Below, one piece after another: positions 8,208-16,546 of a stretch of 28,097 bases of DNA. Below the pieces are notes generated by a model. It saw nothing but the letters and a program-made list of their open reading frames with translations, did no database searches and was not told the DNA's origin. Numbering within the stretch: position 1 is the first letter of the stretch; every line of letters starts with the position of its first letter. Origin of the DNA: Gemmatimonadales bacterium (lineage in GTDB: Bacteria > Gemmatimonadota > Gemmatimonadetes > Gemmatimonadales > GWC2-71-9); NCBI GenBank assembly GCA_036258655.1, contig DATADG010000325.1, forward strand, positions 1 to 28,097. The letters run 5' to 3'. A program made the translations under genes and the position numbers.

Positions 8208-10667
8208 TCACCGCTCCTCCACCGCGTAATCGTAAGGGTAGTAGTAGTCTCCGTACTGGGAAACCTCACCACCTGGGTCGTTCAGCACCGTCCCAACGAC
8301 CCTCGCCCCGACGTTGACCAGCTGCTGGTGCGCCCGCTTGGCTGCGATTCGGTCGGTCTGTCCGGCACGCACGACCAGCAGAACGCCATCGGCCAGGGAA
8401 GCCAGAATGCCGGCGTCCGCCGTCGCGAGCACGGGCGGCGTATCGAGAATGACGAGGTCGAAGCTCTTCGACAGCTCCTGGAGCAGTGCCCGCATCCGCA
8501 CGCCGCTCAACAGCCCGGACGGATTGGTCGGCAGTGCGCCGCAGGTAAGCAGGGAAAGGCCTCTCACGGTGGTCGGACGAATGACATCGGTGACGGGGCG
8601 TCCTGAGTCGGTGCGGCCGGCGCTCGGATTGAAGGTGAGCGACTGCGCACCATCCCCGCTATACGACGGGGCGAGCAGCTCCATCAAGCCAGGGGATCGG
8701 GGCACCTGGAAGAGACCGTGCAATCGGGGCCGGCGCACGTCGCAGTCGACCAGGAGAACTCGCAGTCCATCGTAGGCGAAGGTGACCGACAGATTGGCAG
8801 AGGTCAGCGTCTTCCCTTCCCCCGGAGCCGCGCTGGTGACGACCAGCGTCTTCATGTTGTCACCCTGCTCGCACCAGACCAGGCTGGTCCGCAGCATCCG
8901 GAATGCTTCCACGCCGATGGAGAATGGCTGGGTCATCGTGCCCAGCGCGTTGGCGTTCCCGCGCTTGTTGTCGAGCTCGGCCTTCTTCCCCGGCCGCAGG
9001 AGACCACGCTTAGCCGGGGCCGGAGAACCGGATGCCAGCCGCGGGATCACCGCCAGACCGGGTACATGCAGTGCGAGCTCCAGATCCTCCGGCTTGCGGA
9101 TCGAGGTGTTCAGCGCCTCCAGCAGGAAGGCGCCTCCCGTTCCCAGCAGCAGGCCAAGCAACAGACCGAGACCGAGCTTCAGTGGTGCGGTGGCCCAGAT
9201 AGCGGCGTAGGGCGTGCCCGCGAGGTCGACGATGTCCAGGTCTCCCGCCTCCACCTCCTCGGCCATCCGGGCCTTCTGATACTCCCGGCGGACTTCGTCG
9301 GCGGTGCTGGTCAGCGTCTGAACCCGTCCGGTCAAGCGGGCTTCCTCCTCGGCCATGGCAGGCAGGAGCTGGAGCCGTTCGCCCGACTGCGCCCGCAACT
9401 TTCGGAGCGCGGCAATGCGCGCATCCAGGGTGGAAACGTGGCTGGACACCGCCTGGCGAAGCTGCCCTTTCGTGGAAGCGATGAGACTCTTCAGCTGAAT
9501 GAGATCCGGATTGGTCGGTGCGGCCTGCCACGGGCCGGTAGTCATCGAATCCAGCTTGTACTGCATCAATTCGAGCTGGCGGTAGTTGTTGCTGACCGAT
9601 GGATTTTCCGCCATGGCGGGTGAAGAGGCGAGCGCGCGAAGCGCCTCGGCTTCCCCGGCTGCCCCACCCTTCCGGAGCTGAGCCAGCAAGGCTCCGAAGG
9701 TGGCTCGGTCGGCCTCCAGCTCGGCTCGGCGAGCGTCGAGCGTCAGCATGTCAGTCTGCTGGCTGCTCGCGTAATCCTGCGTGCTGGCGAGCTGCTGCCG
9801 GCTTCGGAAGGAAGCAAGCTCCGACTGGGCCCGAGCAAGCATGCTGTCTGTCTGCTTCAGCTGCGCTTCGAGAAATTCCCGCCGGCGGGTCGACTTCTCC
9901 TTCGCGTTCAGAATGCTGAGCTGCTTGAAGACCGTGACCGTGGTGTTCACCACCCGCTGGGCGAGCCGGGGATTGGACGAGGTGTAGGTCACGTCAATGA
10001 TGTCGGTTGCGGTCCGAGGGACGACCGTCAGAAGGCTCAACAGCTTGTCGGCAGCCATCTGGTGGGGTATGACGTGCAACGTTGCGCTCGGCACGTCGGG
10101 AACCGACGTGACCGCAAAGCGGACTGTCCCGAGGTCCAGAACGTCACCATAGCGCGCGCGGGCCTCGCGGTTGTCCAGCCGGGCCTTCACCCCGTTCTGA
10201 TAGAAGGTCACCTGGATGGTGTCGGTCTCCGACTTCGAACCGACCCAGACCTTCTCCAGGCGGCTGGTCCCGAACTCCGGCGTGGCCGAGGTGAGCTGGA
10301 GCCCCAAGGAGTCCACGACCGCCCCCAGCACCCGGTAGCTCTTGACTCCCTCGGCCAGCGAGAGGATCGGGTCCATGGTGCGCGACGGGATTTCTGCTTG
10401 ATTCTCAATTGAACCGGTCAGCGCCGCACGCTCCCCAGCCAGGCGTATCGTGGCCTTCGCGCGGTAACTGGCGGGTGTCTTGATCGCGAGATAGAGTCCG
10501 CCGCCAATGCCGAGCAGCGTCATCAGCAAAATGAGCCGATACCGGCGGCGCACCACGCCAAAGATCTGCCCCAGAGAGAGGGAATCACCGCCGGGGCGGT
10601 CGTTCATGCCGTCCATGCCCGGAGTACCGGAAGGAAGCTGGCGGACGGGCGGGTAGTATTCAGTCAT
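8208..10667 (-). CDS. wzc: Wzc/GumC-type polysaccharide co-polymerase with BY-kinase domain
   Basis: N-terminal TM helix, long coiled coil, second TM ([17 protein letters not shown]), EAFRMLRT, Walker [11 protein letters not shown], Walker A' [10 protein letters not shown], Walker B VILDTPP and a C-terminal Tyr cluster [10 protein letters not shown]. Confidence 0.95.
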   Translation of the reverse strand: MTEYYPPVRQLPSGTPGMDGMNDRPGGDSLSLGQIFGVVRRRYRLILLMTLLGIGGGLYLAIKTPASYRAKATIRLAGERAALTGSIENQAEIPSRTMDPILSLAEGVKSYRVLGAVVDSLGLQLTSATPEFGTSRLEKVWVGSKSETDTIQVTFYQNGVKARLDNREARARYGDVLDLGTVRFAVTSVPDVPSATLHVIPHQMAADKLLSLLTVVPRTATDIIDVTYTSSNPRLAQRVVNTTVTVFKQLSILNAKEKSTRRREFLEAQLKQTDSMLARAQSELASFRSRQQLASTQDYASSQQTDMLTLDARRAELEADRATFGALLAQLRKGGAAGEAEALRALASSPAMAENPSVSNNYRQLELMQYKLDSMTTGPWQAAPTNPDLIQLKSLIASTKGQLRQAVSSHVSTLDARIAALRKLRAQSGERLQLLPAMAEEEARLTGRVQTLTSTADEVRREYQKARMAEEVEAGDLDIVDLAGTPYAAIWATAPLKLGLGLLLGLLLGTGGAFLLEALNTSIRKPEDLELALHVPGLAVIPRLASGSPAPAKRGLLRPGKKAELDNKRGNANALGTMTQPFSIGVEAFRMLRTSLVWCEQGDNMKTLVVTSAAPGEGKTLTSANLSVTFAYDGLRVLLVDCDVRRPRLHGLFQVPRSPGLMELLAPSYSGDGAQSLTFNPSAGRTDSGRPVTDVIRPTTVRGLSLLTCGALPTNPSGLLSGVRMRALLQELSKSFDLVILDTPPVLATADAGILASLADGVLLVVRAGQTDRIAAKRAHQQLVNVGARVVGTVLNDPGGEVSQYGDYYYPYDYAVEER

Positions 10668-10673
10668 GGGCGC

Positions 10674-11336
10674 CTATCGATCTCTATTCGCGCGATCGAT
10701 GAGGAGGTAGATCGACGCGGCCGACCCAAGCACGCTCAGCCCGGGCAAAAAGATTTCTCTGAAGAAGGACCTCCGGCGGTCGACAACGATCTGATCCCCG
10801 GAGTGGACCCGCATCGCAGCGGAAGAGGCGTCGGGCTCGAGCAGGCTCACAAAGAACTCCTGCTGCCTGCCGCTTGCGTCTCTGCGGAGGACCCGGACCT
10901 TATCGCGGTTCCCGGTTTCCCGGGGCCCTCCGGCCTGCGCCACTGCCTCTCGTATGGTCGTTTCGGGTCGGAGGGCATACACCCGTGGCTGGCCGACCTC
11001 TCCCGACACTGCCACCCGCAGCAGCGGCTCTGCCACAAACTGTGGATCCTGCTCGAACCGAGACAGAAAGGTGCGAATGTTGGCTCTGGCGGTGGGAAAA
11101 GGAATGCCGCCGACCCGAACCGCCTGATACAGCGGATGGGTAATCGTCCCGTCAGCTCCGATGATGAAATCCCCACTCATTTCCGGCTTCCGCCAGACGA
11201 CCACTCGGATCGAGTCCCCCGGAGCCAGGGTCACCTGCTCTGATGAAGCGCTGGCGGGAGACTGGGCGAGTGCGGCCGTAGCGACTGCCGGTGCCGACAA
11301 GGCAAGAACAACGAGACAACAGAGCGGGTTCCGCAT
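10674..11336 (-). CDS. wza: Polysaccharide export (OPX/Wza-like) protein: Poly_export plus one SLBB domain
   Basis: LAPGDSIRVVVW...SGDFIIGADGTITHPLYQAVRVGG (Poly_export motif), VAVSGEVGQPRVY...AVAQAGG (SLBB), GDQIVV and a C-terminal hydrophobic helix. Directly upstream of wzc. Confidence 0.88.
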   Translation of the reverse strand: MRNPLCCLVVLALSAPAVATAALAQSPASASSEQVTLAPGDSIRVVVWRKPEMSGDFIIGADGTITHPLYQAVRVGGIPFPTARANIRTFLSRFEQDPQFVAEPLLRVAVSGEVGQPRVYALRPETTIREAVAQAGGPRETGNRDKVRVLRRDASGRQQEFFVSLLEPDASSAAMRVHSGDQIVVDRRRSFFREIFLPGLSVLGSAASIYLLIDRANRDR

Positions 11337-11582
11337 TCATCCTCTTGGCCAGAGCGAGGCAGTGCGATGCTGCCGTCCAGCATACAGTTGGCGGAGGCGG
11401 GCGCATGAAGCATGCCCCGCAGGCAGGCTCTCCATTCAGGAGACCGGATTGCCAGCAAGACAATGTATCCGAATTGATTCCGGAGTGCACCCGAGATGGG
11501 TTGCCCGTACAAGGTGGGGGAGGCGATCTGTTGCGTGGACTCAACACTCTATGTAGATGTCCGGCAAGTTCTTCGCGCTTCG

Positions 11583-11619
11583 AAAAAAGCAAACGACCGG
11601 GACTGGCCCGGTCGTTTGC
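11583..11619 (-). terminator. Rho-independent terminator of the lipoprotein gene
   Basis: Perfect 13-bp stem GCAAACGACCGGG (11589-11601) / CCCGGTCGTTTGC (11607-11619), 5-nt loop, followed on the minus strand by T6 (11588-11583), 22 nt after the stop at 11642. Confidence 0.9.
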
Positions 11620-11641
11620 ACCGCACGGAATTACTCGAGCC

Positions 11642-13498
11642 CTAGTTTCGCCGGCAGGATTTCGCCGGCAGCGACGCCAGGCGATTACCGAGGTCTCTGA
11701 AGGCCTGCTGATTTTCGGTCTTCGATACAAACGCCCCGTCGTAGCGCCACATATAGAGACCGCATCCGACGGTCCCCAGCAGTATGCCCCAGTCACGTAC
11801 CTGGGCAGCGGTCATCCGACAGTTGGGGTCGAAAGTGCCGCGGCCGCCGGTCAGAACTGGGTCGCAGGCCCAGAGTCCGTCGCGGGCTGCCTGAATACCA
11901 CCGTCCAGGACGTTCAGGCTGAACATGATGGCGTGCCCATCACGCTGAGCGATTGCCACGCCTCCGTCCCGATACGCGCGAATGTCTCCCCGGCGGTGAT
12001 CATACGGACTCACGATGAAGTCACACACCCGATAGCTCTTATCGGGCTCGAAAGCGTTGTGCGCGTGGTATACGCCCGTAGGCATCGTCGGGAAGATCTG
12101 CTTGACATAGCTGCAGAGGCCATCAACCCGGAGCTTCGTCATCGTACCCTTCGGCCCCCAGGTGTTCCCGCCGTAGTTGTAGCCACCCCAGACCTGCGGC
12201 TCGTCCATTACGATCTGGCCGACAATCGTTCCATCCGCAATCGCCGCGGCAACGGCCTGCCGGATCGTGGAGGTATTGAACTGATCCATCTGGGCCCTCC
12301 ACTTACCCTCGTCAAACTGCAGCACGCCATCGATCACACTCAGCAACGGCGAAGTCTCATCATGGTGCGAACCGCTGGGTATCTGGAGCAGGAGCTTGTA
12401 ACCGCCGGAACGCGCGGCATTGATGCGGTTCAGAATGTTGCTGGCGGTATAGCCACCGTCCGCAGTCATGTTGAACGGAGCGACGATGCTGCCGGTCCGG
12501 ACCAGCTGCTGGGCGGGACCGAACGGCAAACCAGTCGACGTGCCGCTGCCGAGCGGTGAACTGATGGTTATTCGCGACGTGTCCGCCAGAGTGCCGGACT
12601 TGGCAATGATGCGGAAGGTCCCCGCGGTGGAGCCTGCCGTGTAGAGCCCTCCCGCGGTGACAGTGCCTCCGGTCGCGGTAAAGACAACATTGTCGACCGC
12701 GACACTGTCGTTCGTGGTGGTCCGCCCATAGACCTTGAACTGTTTGGTCGCGGAGGGGGCGAGCGTCACGCTCGAAGGCATAAGAACGACCGAGGCGAGC
12801 ACCGGTGCCGGCGGCGGCAGCGAAGGGGGAGCTGTAATAGTCACTGTAACGGTGTCGGCCAGGGTACCGGCGGTGTTGGTTGCCCGCACTTGATAGGTTC
12901 CGGCGGTGTCGCCGGCGACGTAGGTGCCGCCCCCATCAATGGAGCCGCCGGTCGCGCTCCAATTCACGCCGACGGGAACCGCATCCCCACCCATGAGCCG
13001 GCCCAGCGCGGTGAAGGTCTGGCTCACGCCCGGGGCAAGGCTGACGGAATTGGGAGTGACTTCGATAGCCACCAGCTGAGTCTGCCGCCGTACGACCTGA
13101 ACCGTGCTGGTGTCGACCTGGAGTTGACCTCGAACGCGACTCGCACCGACGACAGTATAGGTGCCGATTGCGGCAGCGGAGAACCGGCCGTCCGGGAGAA
13201 TGGTGCCGCCCGACGTGCTCCAGGTTACCGCTGCGCCGACGCTGTCACCGGCGCTGTTGTGGCCATGCGCTCGGAATTGGAGAAGCTGATTGGTTTCGAG
13301 TGTGACACTACTTGGTCGAACTGTGAGCGCGACGGGTAAGATGTCGCGTGACCTCCATTCATTGCCTGTCTGGTTTTCCGGGGAACCTTCTGGAGCAGTG
13401 GCATCGCCGGAACAAGCGGCGATGACCAGGAGGACGGGCAGCATGCGGTAGTTTCGTGAGACTGCCAGTCTCCGCGCAAGCTTAAAAGTGTACGTCAT
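11642..13498 (-). CDS. Putative lipoprotein with three Ig-like (Big_2-type) repeats and a C-terminal unknown, possibly glycoside-hydrolase-like domain
   Basis: Lipobox-like VIAA-C29. Three roughly 80-aa repeats (V.P.SV.L...F.A.G...V.WS.TGG.I...G.Y.A...GTY.V.A...DT..V.I), a Pro-rich linker and an alternating beta/alpha domain of about 300 aa with IVMDEP. Confidence 0.75.
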   Translation of the reverse strand: MTYTFKLARRLAVSRNYRMLPVLLVIAACSGDATAPEGSPENQTGNEWRSRDILPVALTVRPSSVTLETNQLLQFRAHGHNSAGDSVGAAVTWSTSGGTILPDGRFSAAAIGTYTVVGASRVRGQLQVDTSTVQVVRRQTQLVAIEVTPNSVSLAPGVSQTFTALGRLMGGDAVPVGVNWSATGGSIDGGGTYVAGDTAGTYQVRATNTAGTLADTVTVTITAPPSLPPPAPVLASVVLMPSSVTLAPSATKQFKVYGRTTTNDSVAVDNVVFTATGGTVTAGGLYTAGSTAGTFRIIAKSGTLADTSRITISSPLGSGTSTGLPFGPAQQLVRTGSIVAPFNMTADGGYTASNILNRINAARSGGYKLLLQIPSGSHHDETSPLLSVIDGVLQFDEGKWRAQMDQFNTSTIRQAVAAAIADGTIVGQIVMDEPQVWGGYNYGGNTWGPKGTMTKLRVDGLCSYVKQIFPTMPTGVYHAHNAFEPDKSYRVCDFIVSPYDHRRGDIRAYRDGGVAIAQRDGHAIMFSLNVLDGGIQAARDGLWACDPVLTGGRGTFDPNCRMTAAQVRDWGILLGTVGCGLYMWRYDGAFVSKTENQQAFRDLGNRLASLPAKSCRRN

Positions 13499-13950
13499 CT
13501 GGCTACCCTTTCATCGCTCTCCTTGAATGAGTCCCAACCATTCCCATCAGATCCCCACCGCCCTTGGGCTAAGTCACTCTAGGTGATTTTTGGGTGACTT
13601 TCAATGGCTAATTTTTCAACGCTGTGCATCTATTCAGATCGAGCTATGATCCAGAACTCGCTATAGATCAGAAAGTTGAGTTGCTGAGAGAGGTGAATTG
13701 TAACAGAAAATACTGTCAGGTTATTAGTCAGTGGTGATTGGAATTGCAGTCTCGGTCACATGCCACACGCCGCACTTTTGTCAATCCCCTTGATCAGTTT
13801 TCCCAGCGGCTCAGGTTGAGGTATTATTCCCGGCCCATTGCAGCCGCTTCGCCCGGCCGGGGACCGGGTTCAAATCGAGATCAGTCAGCCCTGAGGAGCC
13901 GCCAAGTGGTCGAGAACGGGTCTGCCCGCTGGAAGCTGGAGTCGGGCGGT

Positions 13951-15102
13951 GTGAAGATCGTGCTGATGGTCACCCGGGCCGAGCCGGTTGGAGGTGCTCA
14001 GATTCACGTCCGGGATCTGGCGACGGCTCTCCGTGCGCAGGGGCATGTTCCGACCGTTATAACGAGTGGCTCCGGCCAGTTCATCGAGGATCTGCGGGCA
14101 AGGAGCATCCCTGTAATCATCCTCGATCATTTGACTGCCCCCATGCGGCCGATCCAGGACCTGCGAGCCCTTCAGGAACTGCTCACGGTGCTCAAGGAGC
14201 TCCGTCCCGATCTCCTGACTGCACACGGCGCCAAGGTCGGAATCCTGGGCCGGGTGGCTGCACGAACACTCCGCATCCCACTGATCGTCACCGTTCATGG
14301 ATGGGCCTGCGCGCCGGGTACGCCGCGGCTGCAGGCTGCGGTGTCGCGACGACTCGAGCGACTCATAGGCCCGCTGGCCACCAAGCTGATCACCGTATCG
14401 GACTTTGATCGGCGATTCGGGGTGGAGTCGCGCCTGGTACATGCACATCGGGTCGTGACGGTCCATAACGGCATGCCTGATGTACCACCCACGCTGCGTT
14501 CTAGCCCCGGAGAGATGCCACCGCGACTCATCATGGTCGCCCGGTTCGAGCCTCAGAAGGACCATATCACGCTGCTCCGAGCGCTGGGCGGAGTTCAGGA
14601 TCGCCGCTGGGAGCTGGAGTTGATTGGGGACGGCCCCCTGAGAAGCCAGATGGAAAGCCTGGCCGAAGACCTCGGGATCAAAGGCCAGGTTCACTTCCGG
14701 GGTCAACGAAAGGACGTTGCCGAGCTGCTTGCCCGGGCGCAAATCAGCCTGTTGATCAGCAACTGGGAAGGCTTTCCGCTCAGCATTCTCGAATCCATGC
14801 GCGCCGGCCTCCCGGTGGTTGCATCGGCCGTTGGCGGCGTGGAAGAATCGGTTCGGGATCAGGAAACCGGGTATCTGGTGCCCCGCGGGGACGCCGACAC
14901 GCTGCGCGACCGGATCGAACGGCTCCTCACCGATCCCAGCCTCAGGGTCAAGCTCGGGGCGAACGGACGTCGAGCCTACGAGCAGCACTTCACGCTCGAG
15001 CGCATGGTTGCCAAAACGCTCGCCGTCTACGGCGAGGTGCTCGAACCTTTGCGCCCCGTATCCGGGTCTCTGCACGCCATCAGTACCGGGCTGTCCGCCT
15101 GA
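13951..15102 (+). CDS. Glycosyltransferase family 4 (GT-B, retaining)
   Basis: Probable GTG start at 13951 with GGAG RBS (KIVLMVTRAEPVGGAQIHV), VHNG, VARFEPQKDH and the EX7E motif EGFPLSILE. The ORF-track extension to 13738 is unlikely to be coding. Confidence 0.92.
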   Translation: MKIVLMVTRAEPVGGAQIHVRDLATALRAQGHVPTVITSGSGQFIEDLRARSIPVIILDHLTAPMRPIQDLRALQELLTVLKELRPDLLTAHGAKVGILGRVAARTLRIPLIVTVHGWACAPGTPRLQAAVSRRLERLIGPLATKLITVSDFDRRFGVESRLVHAHRVVTVHNGMPDVPPTLRSSPGEMPPRLIMVARFEPQKDHITLLRALGGVQDRRWELELIGDGPLRSQMESLAEDLGIKGQVHFRGQRKDVAELLARAQISLLISNWEGFPLSILESMRAGLPVVASAVGGVEESVRDQETGYLVPRGDADTLRDRIERLLTDPSLRVKLGANGRRAYEQHFTLERMVAKTLAVYGEVLEPLRPVSGSLHAISTGLSA

Positions 15103-15143
15103 AACTGAACTCTCTGGAAGCCCAAATCGCTGGCGGGAGTCGC

Positions 15144-15569
15144 ATGACCCCTGTTGTCAAGCAAAACGAGCAGCCCTCCAAACCGGGCGGAGAACGCCCA
15201 CCCACGGTGCTCGTGGTCGAGGACGAGATGACCGTTCGGGCCGGTATTCGCCGGCTGCTGGAAGATGAGGGGTACACTGTGCTGGAGGCGGAAAACGGCG
15301 CCGCTGCGCTTCAGGTCCTGGAGGGACCAGCTGCCGATAGCGTATCTATGGTGCTGACTGATCTACGAATGCCGGTGATGGATGGACGACAGTTCGCAGC
15401 GGCACTGGCTCGGCGCCGGCCGAGTATGCCGATTGTTTTCATGTCGGGTTTTACTGCACAGCTCATGGACCTGCGCCTGGTCTCTCCCCACCTGGCTTTC
15501 CTGGCCAAGCCGTTCAGGAACGATGATCTGCTCGCCGCGGTAAAGGGGCAACTCAAGAGTCAGAAATAA
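15144..15569 (+). CDS. Single-domain response regulator (CheY-like receiver)
   Basis: VLVVEDE acidic pocket, phosphoacceptor in VLTDLRMP, FMSG and LAKPF. No output domain. Confidence 0.92.
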   Translation: MTPVVKQNEQPSKPGGERPPTVLVVEDEMTVRAGIRRLLEDEGYTVLEAENGAAALQVLEGPAADSVSMVLTDLRMPVMDGRQFAAALARRRPSMPIVFMSGFTAQLMDLRLVSPHLAFLAKPFRNDDLLAAVKGQLKSQK

Positions 15570-15586
15570 CCGAAGCGCCCTCCTTC

Positions 15587-16546
15587 TCAGATTTCCCAGT
15601 TCGACATCAGAATGCCGGTTGCAGGTACGCGCTGCGGATACCCGTGCAGCAGCATGCGGAGGTCGGTCCAGTGAACCCGGTAGCCGAGTGAGATGAGCCG
15701 GAGGTACACCTGGCTGAACTCGGTCTGGCACCTGATCGCAATTCGGTTGACGCGCTCGTGTGCGGCAGTGAGCTGAAGTGCCTGGAGCAGCCGATCGAAC
15801 GCAAGCGGGCTGGCCGCGACCAGCTTGAGGACTCGGAGCTCGTCCTTAGGGCGCCCAGCGGCGAGCGGAGTCGAGTGCCACAGCGCATACCCGCTCAAGG
15901 TCCGACCTTCTCGCACCAGGGTTGTGTCTCCAATCCCGAGGTTACGCGTCAGCACCAGCTCTCGGGTGAAATCGACACCGGGCAGAACGCTGTCGGCCAA
16001 CTGCCGACACTCCTCCAGATGGCGACTCCAGGAATTCTCGGCGGCAGACAGGAGCTCCGGTACTCCTGCGGCACGGCGGGCAACCTCGTGGACCAGGGTA
16101 ACGGTAAGGTGACTGGGGACCAGACCGATTCTGCTGTAGAAACCGATGTTATCCACCGTGCGAGGCATGGTCTCGAGGCCGATGGTCGTTGCGCCCTGCC
16201 GCTGCAGCCACTCTATCCCGGTGCGGACCATCGTCGAGCCCAGCCCCTCACCCTGTCGGTCAGGCCGGACGGCCAAAGGACCCATCCAGCCTTCGGTTCC
16301 GGAGCGGTGCACCATGTTGAATGCGACCATCTGACCCTCGGCGTCTCGCCAGACCATCGAGCCGTCGCCGGCGTCCTCCAGAGCATAGCGCCACACCAGG
16401 GTGTTCAGCTGGGGAACGCGGACCCCTACCAGGCCGTCACGGCTGTACCGGTCGGTAAACGCGTCGGCAAAAACACGGTTGAGAGATTCGATATCACGGA
16501 TTGTCGGGCGGTCAGGCCCCCGGACGCTCCGGTCAGGCCGCCACAT
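15587..16546 (-). CDS. GNAT-family N-acetyltransferase with second C-terminal domain
   Basis: Acetyl-CoA motif A GPLAVRPDRQGEGLG, IGLET...NIGFYSRIG. Its start overlaps the sbcC end by 14 nt. Confidence 0.85.
   Translation of the reverse strand: MWRPDRSVRGPDRPTIRDIESLNRVFADAFTDRYSRDGLVGVRVPQLNTLVWRYALEDAGDGSMVWRDAEGQMVAFNMVHRSGTEGWMGPLAVRPDRQGEGLGSTMVRTGIEWLQRQGATTIGLETMPRTVDNIGFYSRIGLVPSHLTVTLVHEVARRAAGVPELLSAAENSWSRHLEECRQLADSVLPGVDFTRELVLTRNLGIGDTTLVREGRTLSGYALWHSTPLAAGRPKDELRVLKLVAASPLAFDRLLQALQLTAAHERVNRIAIRCQTEFSQVYLRLISLGYRVHWTDLRMLLHGYPQRVPATGILMSNWEI

Noticed and set aside
7154-8272. ORF-track 372-aa protein and the separate 285-aa ORF 6267..7124 as two genes
   Set aside because: They are halves of one cysN. 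The extension 8123-8272 overlaps the wzc end and is not homologous to CysN.
11291-12559. 422-aa plus-strand ORF
   Set aside because: It is antisense to the lipoprotein gene and crosses its terminator, with no recognisable motifs. This is typical of high-GC shadow ORFs.
13412-13498. Tat signal peptide
   Set aside because: The RR lacks the S/T-R-R-x-F-L-K context and is far from a long h-region.
13885-15075. 396-aa minus-strand ORF
   Set aside because: It is the exact antisense shadow of the GT4 gene and has no motifs.
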